Positions 1-10,389 of a stretch of 64,000 nucleotides of DNA are shown here, piece by piece. The DNA is taken from NCBI GenBank assembly GCA_963626555.1, contig CAVFXQ010000004.1, forward strand, positions 30,780 to 94,779. Reading direction: 5' to 3'. Source of the stretch: Clostridiales bacterium. Lineage in GTDB: Bacteria > Bacteroidota > Bacteroidia > Bacteroidales > Paludibacteraceae. Positions within the stretch are counted from its first letter, which is position 1, and every line of letters begins with the position of its first letter. The notes under the pieces were generated by a model. The model did not search any database and was not told where the DNA came from. It worked only from the letters and a program-made list of their open reading frames with translations. Both the position numbers and the translations under genes were made by a program.

Positions 1-272
1 TTGCAAGCCTTTTGAGTCTCTATGTCATTGCCCAATGCATACTGAACACGCGCTCTCATAAATTCGATACGAGCGTTAGTCTTTCCCAATTTAGCCTCAG
101 CTTTCTCCAATAACTTGAGAACTGCGTTATAGTCGCCCGAATCATACTTTTCAATGGCTGAATAATAATAGTCTCTCGCCTGTTTATCCTCTGGAGTAAC
201 CTCGTATGCAGATGCGTTCAAAGTTGAAAACGCCAATCCGCAGGCCAATATATATATATAACTTTTTTTCAT
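1..272 (-). CDS. Partial lipoprotein-like protein (TPR-like helical), C-terminus outside window
   Basis: Hand translation of minus strand from ATG at 272-270 is open to the window edge (MKKSYIYILACGLAFSTLNASAYEV...). Signal peptide with LAC lipobox. Absent from ORF track because it is truncated by the window edge. Confidence 0.55.
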   Translation of the reverse strand, partial: MKKSYIYILACGLAFSTLNASAYEVTPEDKQARDYYYSAIEKYDSGDYNAVLKLLEKAEAKLGKTNARIEFMRARVQYALGNDIETQKAC

Positions 273-325
273 CTGATTTCTTATACTTGAAATAAATCGT
301 ATCTAAATTAGTAGCAGTCTCTGAA

Positions 326-1909
326 TTACTCGTCTTGACAAACGCGGAAGCCAATTTTTCCGCTCTTGTATTTTGCAGAAACTTTTTCAGTTGAAGTGAT
401 AACACTGTTTGATGCGTCGTCTGCCCAAGAACCACCCTTCACGAAACGAGTGTCCTTGTCGTATTGGTCGACCACCCACTCACTGACATTTCCCGTCATA
501 TCATAAAGGCCCAATTCGTTCGGTGTTTTCGTTCCAACCTCGTGGGTAGCCTCGTTTGAGTTGTAAACACACCACGCAACATCTGGCAAGTTGTTACCAC
601 CCGCATATTCAGTAGAAACACCCTTTGCACCACCCTTAGCGGCATATTCCCACTCCTCCAAGCGAGGCAAACGGTAATTCATACCTGTCTCTTTGTTCAA
701 AGCTGCAATGTAGGCTTGCGCATCATCCCAACTAACATTCTCAACTGGAGTGTTTGGTCCTCCCTTGAATTGGAACGGACGAGTTCCCATCACACGCATC
801 CATTGTGCATGAGTAATCTCCATCTTACTCATATAGAAAGATTTCAAACTACCCCTACCCTCAACATAAATCAACTCCAAATCTCCTACATTTCTGTTTG
901 TCTTATAATCTGTGAACTTCTTGATTTTTTCAACACGAGCAATAGGGTAAACCAAATCAGGAGCAGCTTTAGCAGCAACATTATAATAAGCGGATGCCTC
1001 AGTCCATTTTTGTTCATTATAAAGACGATCACCCTCTGCAACAGCGTTCATCCAAATATCCGTTGGACGAGAAGTTGTCATCCAGAAAATAGGGCTGTCA
1101 GAACCAACCGCAGGAGAATACTTACGATTTGAGAAATAAGCATCTACAGATTTCTCATTATTTCCTGCCTTCCTATATTTTTCAGCGTTCTCACGACGAG
1201 TATACTCATCTGAGATGTAATCAAAATTCTCATTGCTCCACTTAAAAGTCGCCGTTACATTGACAACCTCGATACGAGATGACAACGAGAAGATTTTTCT
1301 CAATCTGAAACTGAATCCTCTCTCTGTGTTAGCCAACTTACCGACAGTGATATGGTCTGCCTCGAAAGCCTTAGACAAAGAAGCATCTGTAATCACCGTG
1401 CCTGGTTTCTCTTTCGTTTGTTTACCCACAACGACATTAGTGAAATCGGTCTTCCAATTCATCTTTATAGGAGAGATTGGAGCAACAGACTGACCTGCCT
1501 TTTCAACATAAGGAACAGCCACACTTGTCATAGCCGAAGCAATGTAACATTTTGAATTTTCAGAATAGAAAAGAATCGTGTAAGTAAAGACCGCAGAATC
1601 GGGAACTAACAAGTCGAAACGCTGTTTTAAATCTTCATAACTCTTTAAATTGTTGTAATTAACAGTTTTTTTGTTTACTGTAAACACATTGTTTCTTGTC
1701 CACGAAACATTTGCGAAACAATAGGGGTCTCCCATCACAATCTTGTAGGTGTAGTCTAACTTGTACTTATCAAGCGGATAAGCATTTTTCCCTGCGGTAT
1801 ACTTCACCTGACCATCGCATGACCCAGATAAACTCGTATATTGTCCTTGACCGAACATCATCGCAACGGACGTCAAGATAGACAACAACGTCAAATAAAA
1901 TCTTTTCAT
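326..1909 (-). CDS. Secreted protein with C-terminal formylglycine-generating-enzyme (FGE/SUMF1-type sulfatase-modifying) domain
   Basis: N-terminal signal peptide. C-terminal ~200 aa carry FGE-domain hallmarks (ITHAQW, VENVSWDDAQAYIAALN, YRLPRLEEWEYAAKGG, GLYDMTGNVSEWV, KGGSW, GFRV). Confidence 0.75.
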   Translation of the reverse strand: MKRFYLTLLSILTSVAMMFGQGQYTSLSGSCDGQVKYTAGKNAYPLDKYKLDYTYKIVMGDPYCFANVSWTRNNVFTVNKKTVNYNNLKSYEDLKQRFDLLVPDSAVFTYTILFYSENSKCYIASAMTSVAVPYVEKAGQSVAPISPIKMNWKTDFTNVVVGKQTKEKPGTVITDASLSKAFEADHITVGKLANTERGFSFRLRKIFSLSSRIEVVNVTATFKWSNENFDYISDEYTRRENAEKYRKAGNNEKSVDAYFSNRKYSPAVGSDSPIFWMTTSRPTDIWMNAVAEGDRLYNEQKWTEASAYYNVAAKAAPDLVYPIARVEKIKKFTDYKTNRNVGDLELIYVEGRGSLKSFYMSKMEITHAQWMRVMGTRPFQFKGGPNTPVENVSWDDAQAYIAALNKETGMNYRLPRLEEWEYAAKGGAKGVSTEYAGGNNLPDVAWCVYNSNEATHEVGTKTPNELGLYDMTGNVSEWVVDQYDKDTRFVKGGSWADDASNSVITSTEKVSAKYKSGKIGFRVCQDE

Positions 1910-2157
1910 GAATTTTTATGTTTTTATCTTATTTTATTTACTTCCTTTGTTTCACATAGTTATTAACAACTGCCTCTACTTTCAGTCTTTCGGCAAAGGC
2001 AAATTTAATAAAATTTTGCTTTTCAAAGGTGATTTGGCAATAAAAAACACAACTTATTAACAATCCCATGTTGAAAACACTCCCTTATTTTATCTACGAA
2101 ATATTCCATTGTTAATAAGTTATCTTCGTGATAGTTACATTTATTTTTCAATTCTCT

Positions 2158-2165
2158 TACTTTTG
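2158..2165 (+). promoter_or_regulatory. Bacteroidota -7 promoter box (TAnnTTTG)
   Basis: TACTTTTG lies 38 nt upstream of the ATG at 2203. Confidence 0.4.
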
Positions 2166-2202
2166 TGTAATATATTGTTTATTCTACTAAGATTGTGAAC
2201 TT

Positions 2203-3633
2203 ATGAATTTGGACTCTTCTCCATACGAAGAATCAGACAGTGAGAAAGAACTTGTTGCTCATTTTGAGAGACAAGTGAAAGACGGCACTCCTTGTTTCTA
2301 CGATGAGGATGACTACATTATCTTGTTTGACCATTACATTGACAGCGACGACATTTCGCCATGCGAGGAGGTATTAAAATGGGCTGACATTCAATATCCT
2401 AATTCCGTCACAATAACAGACTGCCACGCACGTTATCTGGCGGCAAAAGGCGACTTTGATGAAGCAGAAGCCATTATCGACAAAGCTCTATTAATCGACA
2501 GCAATGACGTTGATCTTCTCATCACAAAGGGGAAACTGCTTTTAATAAGGCATAATTTCAAAGAGGCAGACCAAATATTCAATAGTCTTTGCGACAACCA
2601 CGATGATCCTTTTCTCTATGGTACGCTTGTCGACATAGGCAACGCCTATAATCAGATGAAACGGAAGGATAAAGCGACACAAATCTACGAACATGCAATC
2701 AAGTTGACAGAAGAGAACTGCGAAGCTGCCTTTGAGTTAGCCCAGATATACGCAGAAGAACCAGAAAAGTTGGAGGAAGCAGCAAGGCTATTAGAAAAAG
2801 TATTAGACAAAAAACCGTATTCTGCGCATGCTTGGCTCACACTCGGTGGCGTTTATGACGACCTACAGAAATACGAAAAGGCGGTTGAATCCTTTGACTA
2901 TGCCTACACGATAGACCCACAATGCTACAAAGCCTTATTTTTGAAAGGAAATAGTTTAATCAACTGCAACGAATATAAAGAAGCATTGGCGGCATTCGAA
3001 GAATATTCAGATTTAGAAGAGGAAGACTCTAACCTCTGCATCTGTATTGGCGAATGTTATGAGGGATTAGGGCGCAGAGACGACGCTGATAGTAAATACC
3101 GACGTGCTGTCTACATAGACCAATCAAATACGAGAGCAATGGTTCATCTGGCATTACTCCACACTGACGAAGATCCTGATTTTGCATTGAGGTGGATTCA
3201 TCTGGCGCAGGACTACGACAAAGACAATGCAGAACTATGGCATTTGGAAGGAGACATTCAATATAAAGCGGCTGTTCAATGCCCTGCATACAGGACAGAT
3301 CATATCGCATGGGCTGAAAAAAGCTATAAGAAAGCAATCAAAATGGATCCTCAGAACCCATTACCAATGGTTTCTATAGGAATTCTTTTTTACGACGACG
3401 GAGACTATGAATCCGCCCTCTACTACTTAGAGCAAGCCTACAAACTCTCTGCAGAGGTGAACGAGTTGAGTTTATTTCTCGCACTCACCTACTACCAACT
3501 GAACGATAAAGAGCAGACCAAAAAATTCTTAAAGTTGGCTGTCAAAAGCAATCCAGATTCATGGGATACATTCACTGATTTCTGCCCTAAAGCCAAAGAA
3601 GACCCCGAACTCAATATGTTCCGTAATAATTAA
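2203..3633 (+). CDS. Tetratricopeptide-repeat protein
   Basis: 476 aa with repeated 34-aa A/Y/L-patterned helical units (e.g. AWLTLGGVYDDLQKYEKAVESFDYAYTIDP). Confidence 0.7.
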   Translation: MNLDSSPYEESDSEKELVAHFERQVKDGTPCFYDEDDYIILFDHYIDSDDISPCEEVLKWADIQYPNSVTITDCHARYLAAKGDFDEAEAIIDKALLIDSNDVDLLITKGKLLLIRHNFKEADQIFNSLCDNHDDPFLYGTLVDIGNAYNQMKRKDKATQIYEHAIKLTEENCEAAFELAQIYAEEPEKLEEAARLLEKVLDKKPYSAHAWLTLGGVYDDLQKYEKAVESFDYAYTIDPQCYKALFLKGNSLINCNEYKEALAAFEEYSDLEEEDSNLCICIGECYEGLGRRDDADSKYRRAVYIDQSNTRAMVHLALLHTDEDPDFALRWIHLAQDYDKDNAELWHLEGDIQYKAAVQCPAYRTDHIAWAEKSYKKAIKMDPQNPLPMVSIGILFYDDGDYESALYYLEQAYKLSAEVNELSLFLALTYYQLNDKEQTKKFLKLAVKSNPDSWDTFTDFCPKAKEDPELNMFRNN

Positions 3634-3686
3634 AAAATTTGATTAAATCACACTTAATTTACAAGAGAATAGCAAGAGACATCAAA

Positions 3687-4430
3687 ATGACAAAATCATT
3701 GAAAATCAGTATCTTGTTCGTAATCACATTATGTTCGTTCACGGCATGCCACGTTGGAGAACACGATTACTTATACACTGTCATCAACAACGAGGAAGTG
3801 CCTATCGTGCTTCACTACAAGACGCTGAAAGACACGGCGAAAGTGGATACACTACAAATGGGGGAAGAGCTAACTATCGCGCAACGCTATGGAGTTAAAA
3901 GCGAAGAGGTGTGGGATGTGGAGACGAGTGTCTCTCTTTACAAAATAGAAACTTTGTTTATCTATTCTCTTGACTCAACAAGATCATCTGAAGAACTCTG
4001 CTACCGCAAACATTGGATGGGACCAGAGACAAAAGACGGGAAAGGAGTATACAAACTGCCTGTCGACAAGAATGTTCTTCTTATGACAATGCAGAAAGGG
4101 TATGTATACAAGGTAGTCAGTCCTTTTGAAGATTCTCTTCGTATAACCGCCAACCTGAAAGACCATACGCTGAAAGTTGACACTATCATTACACAAAGGC
4201 AAAGTATCGTCTTAGGTGAGACAAACATTTTTAGTTACGACGAAAGCTATGCCGAAACAGAAAAATATAAAACGCAAAAAATCACTGGATTACGAAGTGT
4301 TACTCTTCGTCATGGCACAGACTACAAAAATCTTAACCTCACAAAAGACACAGCCTACTTTAAGACAGAGAAAGACACTTGTTATCTTATCGTAACAGAA
4401 AACATGTTTGCTTCAACAACGAAAAAATAA
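3687..4430 (+). CDS. Hypothetical lipoprotein
   Basis: Internal ATG at 3687 gives MTKSLKISILFVITLCSFTAC, a signal peptide plus lipobox Cys. No recognisable catalytic motifs. Confidence 0.55.
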   Translation: MTKSLKISILFVITLCSFTACHVGEHDYLYTVINNEEVPIVLHYKTLKDTAKVDTLQMGEELTIAQRYGVKSEEVWDVETSVSLYKIETLFIYSLDSTRSSEELCYRKHWMGPETKDGKGVYKLPVDKNVLLMTMQKGYVYKVVSPFEDSLRITANLKDHTLKVDTIITQRQSIVLGETNIFSYDESYAETEKYKTQKITGLRSVTLRHGTDYKNLNLTKDTAYFKTEKDTCYLIVTENMFASTTKK

Positions 4431-4436
4431 CATAAA

Positions 4437-5180
4437 ATGAAAAAATTCGGTCTAATCGGAAAAACTTTAAAACATTCATTTTCAAAGACTTTCTTCACTG
4501 ATAAATTTCAGAAAGAGAATATAAACGCCCAATACGAGCTTTACGAGTTGGACACAGTCGGCAAAGTGGAAGAATTGGTTAAAGACCCCGACTTAATCGG
4601 ACTCAACGTAACCATCCCCTACAAGGAGGAGATTATCCCATATTTGAACGATATTGACCCCACCGCAAAAGCTATTGGCGCAGTCAACACTATCAAGATC
4701 AGCCACAACGATGGGAAAACAACATTGAAAGGCTACAACACAGATCTAATTGGTTTCTCAGACACACTGAAGCTTCATCTCAAGCCATACCACAAAAAGG
4801 CTCTCATTTTGGGTACGGGAGGTGCCTCAAAAGCTGTTCTCTTCGCACTTAAACAACTCAATATCAAAACTACCTACGTTTCGCGTACGCCACACGAAGG
4901 AGCTTTAACTTACCAAGACCTCGACGAAAAAGTGATGGAAGAATACCTTCTCATCGTCAACTGTTCTCCTGTTGGCATGTTTCCACATGTTGACGAAGCA
5001 CCTAATATTCCATACGATCTACTAACAGACAAACATTACCTCTACGATTTGGTTTACAACCCACTTCACACGCAATTTTGCCAAAAGGGAGAAGAAAAAG
5101 GCGCAGTCACGAAAAACGGGTTGGAGATGTTGTACGGTCAAGCCATCGCATCGTGGAAAATCTGGAATGACATTAAATAA
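4437..5180 (+). CDS. aroE: Shikimate 5-dehydrogenase
   Basis: GLIG..L.HS.S N-terminus, NVTIPYKEE, GAVNTI, GYNTD and a GTGGASKAV Rossmann motif. Typical 247 aa length. Confidence 0.85.
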   Translation: MKKFGLIGKTLKHSFSKTFFTDKFQKENINAQYELYELDTVGKVEELVKDPDLIGLNVTIPYKEEIIPYLNDIDPTAKAIGAVNTIKISHNDGKTTLKGYNTDLIGFSDTLKLHLKPYHKKALILGTGGASKAVLFALKQLNIKTTYVSRTPHEGALTYQDLDEKVMEEYLLIVNCSPVGMFPHVDEAPNIPYDLLTDKHYLYDLVYNPLHTQFCQKGEEKGAVTKNGLEMLYGQAIASWKIWNDIK

Positions 5181-5188
5181 ACAATTCA

Positions 5189-8100
5189 TTAACGTCTTAT
5201 CAGCGTGAAGTGACCAGTATACTGTTCATCTAACACTCCAACGTTAATAACATACCAATAGTCGGAGGATGGCATCGCCCTTCCTCCATATATGCCATCC
5301 CATCCCTCTATTTCCGCTCCGAGATAGGAGGCGAGCAATTTACCCCAACGATCGTAGATATTCACTACAGCTTTTGGATAGGCTTCCGCAAGAGGAGTAA
5401 CCACCCAAATGTCATTCACCCCATCGCCATTAGGGGTAAAGAAATCAGGAATGTAGATGGAAGGCGGTACAATCTTGAAGTTGAACGACGAGGTGCAACC
5501 ATTTCCATCTTCCACTGTAATTTTATGCGTGCCGTAAGCGATTTCTTCAAAGAGAATGTCGCTCGTCTGAGCATCTTTATCATCATCCAACCAATAGAGC
5601 ATCGTTCCGTAGCCTGTACCTGATTTCACCTGCACCACACGATCGCGAATACCGACAGAATCCATAGAAAGAATTTCGGGGATTGGCACGACCACTGCCT
5701 CATAGTGGTCTGTTGCAGCACAAGTGCCTCGTGTCATCTTCACCTCGTATGTGGTTGTGGCACTTGGTGTTACCACAATGTCTGCGTTTTCGCCAACAGA
5801 CACTCCATCGACCGTCCAAACGTATGCGTCAGCACCGTATGTTGAGGCGGAAATATGCACGGAACTTCCCTCACACACTGGCGCAGTTCCAGTAATCTCG
5901 CCCTTCAATGGTTCGTCAACTTTTACGGTTATTTGGTATTGCTTCGTTGTGTTGCAAGTCTCATTTGAAGCCGTCAAACTATAGGTGGACGTAGACTGAT
6001 GTCCGCTGCCTGTCTTGTATTTTGGCATCACGGTGATGCTTTCTCCCTGCAAACCACTTTGGATGGTGGCGTCGTCATTCCAAACGATAGTCGTACCCTC
6101 TGGCAATACGTTTGACACAGACAAGTCAATTGTCTCTCCTGCGCAAACAATGGGTGTCTCGGGAAGTGTCAAAGCAATATTAGGAGCAGATTTCACATTC
6201 AATGTTCCTGCAGATATTTTTGACACACAACCTCTTCTGTTGACCATTGCTTCATACGAGCCACTGTCTGCCACCTTCACAGAAGCAATATTCAATGTCT
6301 CGTCCGTCTGCATCGGAATGACCACACCATCTTTCTTCCACATTATCGTGTATGGAATCGAATTAGTTGGTTGAATATCAAGTTCTGCGTGGAATTCTTC
6401 TTTTTCACAAATATCTAATTCTGAAGCGTTGCTTGTTACACTCACCTCTGCATTTTTAATGGAGAAAGAGACTTTCGTCGGACATCCATTTGTGAACGAC
6501 AACGTATACTCTCCTTCTTGACCGATATTGAATGGAGAAACGTTACTATCCATATCTGTTGGTCCCGTCAATTCATAGTCGGACTCTCCTTCATAGTTGG
6601 GTGTAACTATCACATTTTCACCACAATAATAATAGACATCAGTAGTTAAATCGTTTTTATAGATTTTTGTTGGAAATTCCTGATTGGTTGGGTCTGAAAG
6701 AGTGAGTGTACCCACTACAGGTCCCGAGCCAAGGGTTACCGTCAACGCTTTCTCCTTCACACATTTACCTGCCGTTACCGTCAAATTGTATTTGTAGATA
6801 TCGCCATAGTTTCCTTCTGTGAATTTACGAGTTTCAAAGACAGCAGAGTTACCTGTATCGCCATCGCCACTCCAATTATATGTGATAGAAGAAACGTTGG
6901 ATTGGGTTTTAACCTCAAGGGTTGCCGTTCGGTCGGGACAAGTCTCTACATTTTCAGCGACGATGTCCAACGTGTCTATCACCACTTGGATAGGTTGGAT
7001 TTCCGACATACACATTTCGCCAGAAGCAACCTTTGCATTATACGAACTTTGAACATAGTATGTACCTGATTCTGCCACTGAAGTAGAGCTCAACGACTTG
7101 TTTCCATTTTCATCGCTAAAGAAAGTGGTTGTATACGTCATTTCTGGCACTTCGTTTGTTATAGATGAGGTTGGCTTCAAATCCACAAGTTCAGAGCAAA
7201 CCTCCTCTGGGTCGGTTATGGATAGAACAGGTGTAGGATAAACAGTAACCTTAATCTCTACAGGAGTACTAACAGCTTTTGTCTGTTCATCTCGCTGAGC
7301 CACCCAGTAGGAGGTTGTAGTTACCCCATTCGCCAACACTTCCGCATTTCCAGACAGTGGGTAGGTGTCGCCCTCCCACTCTGCTGCCACAAGCGTGTTG
7401 GTAGGCTTGTTCGTGCCATACCACAACAAGGTGTATTGCTCAGCAGTCTTTGTACCTTTGGGTTGTTTTTCGGCGGTCAAATTTGCCAACGGTTCACCCT
7501 CACAATAAGCAACATCCTGCACAATAGGCGACAGTGCCTCACTAGATTTCACCGTAAGAGTATATTCCACATCACAAGCCGTAGGGGCGGCGTCAAAATT
7601 ATCGTGAATGAAAACTGTATACTCTATTCCTTCTTCTGTAACATTTTCATAGTTAACAGTGAGTGGCGGCGCAGTGTTCTTTGTTGCTGTCATCACTGTT
7701 GATGCTCCAGCGATAGCAGTCCCCGCCTCAACCGACGAACCTTTATACCAAGAAACTGTATAATCATAGTAATCGTCTCCACTCTCTTTCACTCCGTGTA
7801 TGGGATTCTTGAGGGAAATTGTTGTTATTCCAACTTCCTTGCTCAACTCTATAACATTCTTCACAGGGTCAAAATAACCGCCATCAACGGCAAAGACATT
7901 TGCATCTGGCTCCGTGCATCTATCGCAGTTTAATCCTGCTTCCAAACATTTTATGCATACTGAAATATTACGGCAGGGCGATAAGGCATTCACTTTCAAC
8001 TCTTCTGGGTCATTGAGCGTTTCAGACTTTCCCACCACCACTCTAAAGTAGACTTCTTCAGCCTCTCCACTCTTTATCTTCGCAAAAGAAGGATGATCGG

Positions 8101-10102
8101 CAGGATTTTTAATCTGAAATTTAGGAGTGGTAAGTATGGACGCACCTGCGTCGTCGGTCAACGAAATCCAGTTCACTTTTTCCGCATCCGTCACTCTCGG
8201 ATCGTCGTAGGTGTATTGGAACATATAACTCATTGTCTCTCCGAAAAATTTGGAAGAAGCAGATGAAGTTTCGCACACTAAAGTAAGCAAATCATCTGTG
8301 CAGAGGTCTGTCAAATCTTGCGAGCCTTCCAATTCATATCCGATATTAATGTCTGGAGGCAAACACACACGGAATGTGATATCGTCAATGGCAAAGTCGC
8401 CACGTTTTCCATCTTCGTAGTCATCTTCTTTGCTCACGATTCGCATTGTTGCGCAGCCTTCCGTACCCGCAGGCAAGGTGAATGTCTCGCCATACCACTC
8501 CCAAGCTGGTCCTGTCAATTTCTTGTCCCCACTTGAGTAAAGCTCTTTTCCACTCTCATCAATCAACTCAACAGACAATGTTCCAACAGACGTCTTCGTG
8601 TTACTATTGATGGCAGAAACCGCCGCACCAAAGGTCACCTCTTTCCCAGGACACAATCCGCATACAGTCTGCTCATACAGCGATTTTCCTTTCCAACCAT
8701 CCGATTTGATATCAATCATTAAGAAACCGCCCTCCGCATTTTCGTCATGCGAAATCAGTTTCTTTGAATACGGGTCTTTTGTACCAATGGCATAGCCCTC
8801 ATTTTTGATATTCTTGTTGTATTTCACCTTCACGGCGGCACCATTATTCTTCAGATCAGACACACAATAGCCAAACGAACCATTTAGTAGATCTTTTGCA
8901 TCAACAGTTTGCTGTTCGCCATTCAAATCGGTATAAGTGTATTGATTTCCCTCAAACGAACCGAAATCATCAAAGAAGACATCGACCATCGCCATTGGGT
9001 TGCCCTCCGCATCTTTGCAGCAATCATTCACCGTCAACTCGTAGACATCGCTCAACGAAGGATCACAACCTGCTATTGTTACTGCCACTTGTATCTTGTA
9101 TGTACCTGCATTAGGGGCTTCAAAACTGAACGTGCTACCTGTTCCTGTTGCTCCAGTAACTGACTCCATCCATTGATAGGTCGTTCCCTCTGGATATGTG
9201 TTTTTCAAACCAACCAAAATTGGCATTGATGGGCAAGGATAGCCCGAATAGGAGATTTCAGGCTTCAATTCGCTCTCCACACGGACATTGTCAAATCCAA
9301 GCGGCACATTGCTCATCCCCTCGGTTCTTCCTATATAAAAGGTGATATTACCATTTTCATCAGCAACACCGCTATAAGAGAACGTAGTGAGCTGACCAGG
9401 TTGTATTTCAGCTGTTTCTCCCCCTTCCAAAGCACCATTGCCATTCAAATTTGTAGATATTTTATAAAGCAAACCGTCACCTTCTTCTCCATTCCATTTT
9501 TTTTGTTGAACATCATACTTCGCACCAAAAATATTGATCTCACCCTCGGTAAGTCCCTTCGTTGCTGCGAAAGTAGCCAACGATGTATAATCTAACAAAT
9601 TACAAACATCCACAGAAAAAGTAACGTTGGCTCCTGGAGTCAAACCTTTAGCGGTATAAGCGAAAACATACGAATTTTCGGCACTTGTACCAAAATTCAC
9701 CAACATAGGCGAACCACTTCCCTTACCCAAAATCGGACTAATCAGTTTTGGATTGGACACAATTGCAGAGTAGCCCACCTTGTTCTTCGCCACATCGCCC
9801 GACACCGAATCGGCTTGCCATGCCTCTAAAGTGATCATCTTACCGGGCACTGTCAGTCCATACGAGGCAATACCCGTCTGAATTGCATCTGATGGCGAAG
9901 CATAGAAAGTACAGCCAGACCCACTCAACGCTTCAATTTTATCGTCCAGGTCGCTACTAAACCACCCTTTTTCATCGTTTGTCAAATTGATATCACACAA
10001 TGTGGATGACACATCAAAATCCGTCGAACCAACCACACAAGGAGCCGCAGATAGCCTTGCCATAGCCAACCCAACAATCAGCAACATTCCAAATTTTCTC
10101 AT
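5189..10102 (-). CDS. Giant (1637 aa) cell-surface adhesin-like protein with Ig-like repeats and T9SS type B C-terminal sorting domain
   Basis: Signal peptide. Many Cys-framed beta-rich repeats. C-terminus FFTPNGDGVNDIW...YDRWGKLL...GWDG...YWYV matches the gliding-motility/T9SS type B CTD pattern. Confidence 0.8.
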   Translation of the reverse strand: MRKFGMLLIVGLAMARLSAAPCVVGSTDFDVSSTLCDINLTNDEKGWFSSDLDDKIEALSGSGCTFYASPSDAIQTGIASYGLTVPGKMITLEAWQADSVSGDVAKNKVGYSAIVSNPKLISPILGKGSGSPMLVNFGTSAENSYVFAYTAKGLTPGANVTFSVDVCNLLDYTSLATFAATKGLTEGEINIFGAKYDVQQKKWNGEEGDGLLYKISTNLNGNGALEGGETAEIQPGQLTTFSYSGVADENGNITFYIGRTEGMSNVPLGFDNVRVESELKPEISYSGYPCPSMPILVGLKNTYPEGTTYQWMESVTGATGTGSTFSFEAPNAGTYKIQVAVTIAGCDPSLSDVYELTVNDCCKDAEGNPMAMVDVFFDDFGSFEGNQYTYTDLNGEQQTVDAKDLLNGSFGYCVSDLKNNGAAVKVKYNKNIKNEGYAIGTKDPYSKKLISHDENAEGGFLMIDIKSDGWKGKSLYEQTVCGLCPGKEVTFGAAVSAINSNTKTSVGTLSVELIDESGKELYSSGDKKLTGPAWEWYGETFTLPAGTEGCATMRIVSKEDDYEDGKRGDFAIDDITFRVCLPPDINIGYELEGSQDLTDLCTDDLLTLVCETSSASSKFFGETMSYMFQYTYDDPRVTDAEKVNWISLTDDAGASILTTPKFQIKNPADHPSFAKIKSGEAEEVYFRVVVGKSETLNDPEELKVNALSPCRNISVCIKCLEAGLNCDRCTEPDANVFAVDGGYFDPVKNVIELSKEVGITTISLKNPIHGVKESGDDYYDYTVSWYKGSSVEAGTAIAGASTVMTATKNTAPPLTVNYENVTEEGIEYTVFIHDNFDAAPTACDVEYTLTVKSSEALSPIVQDVAYCEGEPLANLTAEKQPKGTKTAEQYTLLWYGTNKPTNTLVAAEWEGDTYPLSGNAEVLANGVTTTSYWVAQRDEQTKAVSTPVEIKVTVYPTPVLSITDPEEVCSELVDLKPTSSITNEVPEMTYTTTFFSDENGNKSLSSTSVAESGTYYVQSSYNAKVASGEMCMSEIQPIQVVIDTLDIVAENVETCPDRTATLEVKTQSNVSSITYNWSGDGDTGNSAVFETRKFTEGNYGDIYKYNLTVTAGKCVKEKALTVTLGSGPVVGTLTLSDPTNQEFPTKIYKNDLTTDVYYYCGENVIVTPNYEGESDYELTGPTDMDSNVSPFNIGQEGEYTLSFTNGCPTKVSFSIKNAEVSVTSNASELDICEKEEFHAELDIQPTNSIPYTIMWKKDGVVIPMQTDETLNIASVKVADSGSYEAMVNRRGCVSKISAGTLNVKSAPNIALTLPETPIVCAGETIDLSVSNVLPEGTTIVWNDDATIQSGLQGESITVMPKYKTGSGHQSTSTYSLTASNETCNTTKQYQITVKVDEPLKGEITGTAPVCEGSSVHISASTYGADAYVWTVDGVSVGENADIVVTPSATTTYEVKMTRGTCAATDHYEAVVVPIPEILSMDSVGIRDRVVQVKSGTGYGTMLYWLDDDKDAQTSDILFEEIAYGTHKITVEDGNGCTSSFNFKIVPPSIYIPDFFTPNGDGVNDIWVVTPLAEAYPKAVVNIYDRWGKLLASYLGAEIEGWDGIYGGRAMPSSDYWYVINVGVLDEQYTGHFTLIRR

Positions 10103-10389
10103 TTTGGGGAATAAGTCTACTTATAACGGTTTTATACTACACGTAACAATATGCATTTCAGGTTTCAAAAACTCTATAACACACATAGTTACAATCCGCT
10201 AATTTAATGTTTTTATGATAAAGTGTAACATATAACGGCAAACAAATTTCAAATTTAACATTTTACGACAAAGTGCATAACACAACCTAATGCATCTCCA
10301 AAAGCGCAAACAAACGAGAAAAAATTCTGCACCTTTAAGAGCGCAGAATTATGACGTTCTATACTCTATGAACTTGATTAGCCAATAAA

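Noticed and set aside
184-435. 83-aa minus-strand ORF spanning the gap between two genes
   Set aside because: It overlaps the 3' end of the FGE-domain gene and the 5' end of the hand-translated lipoprotein gene (1-272), which has a proper signal peptide in another frame.
5683-10202. Numerous 60-120 aa plus-strand ORFs inside the giant adhesin gene
   Set aside because: They are antisense to a continuous 1637-aa frame that has a signal peptide and a T9SS CTD. None has recognisable motifs.
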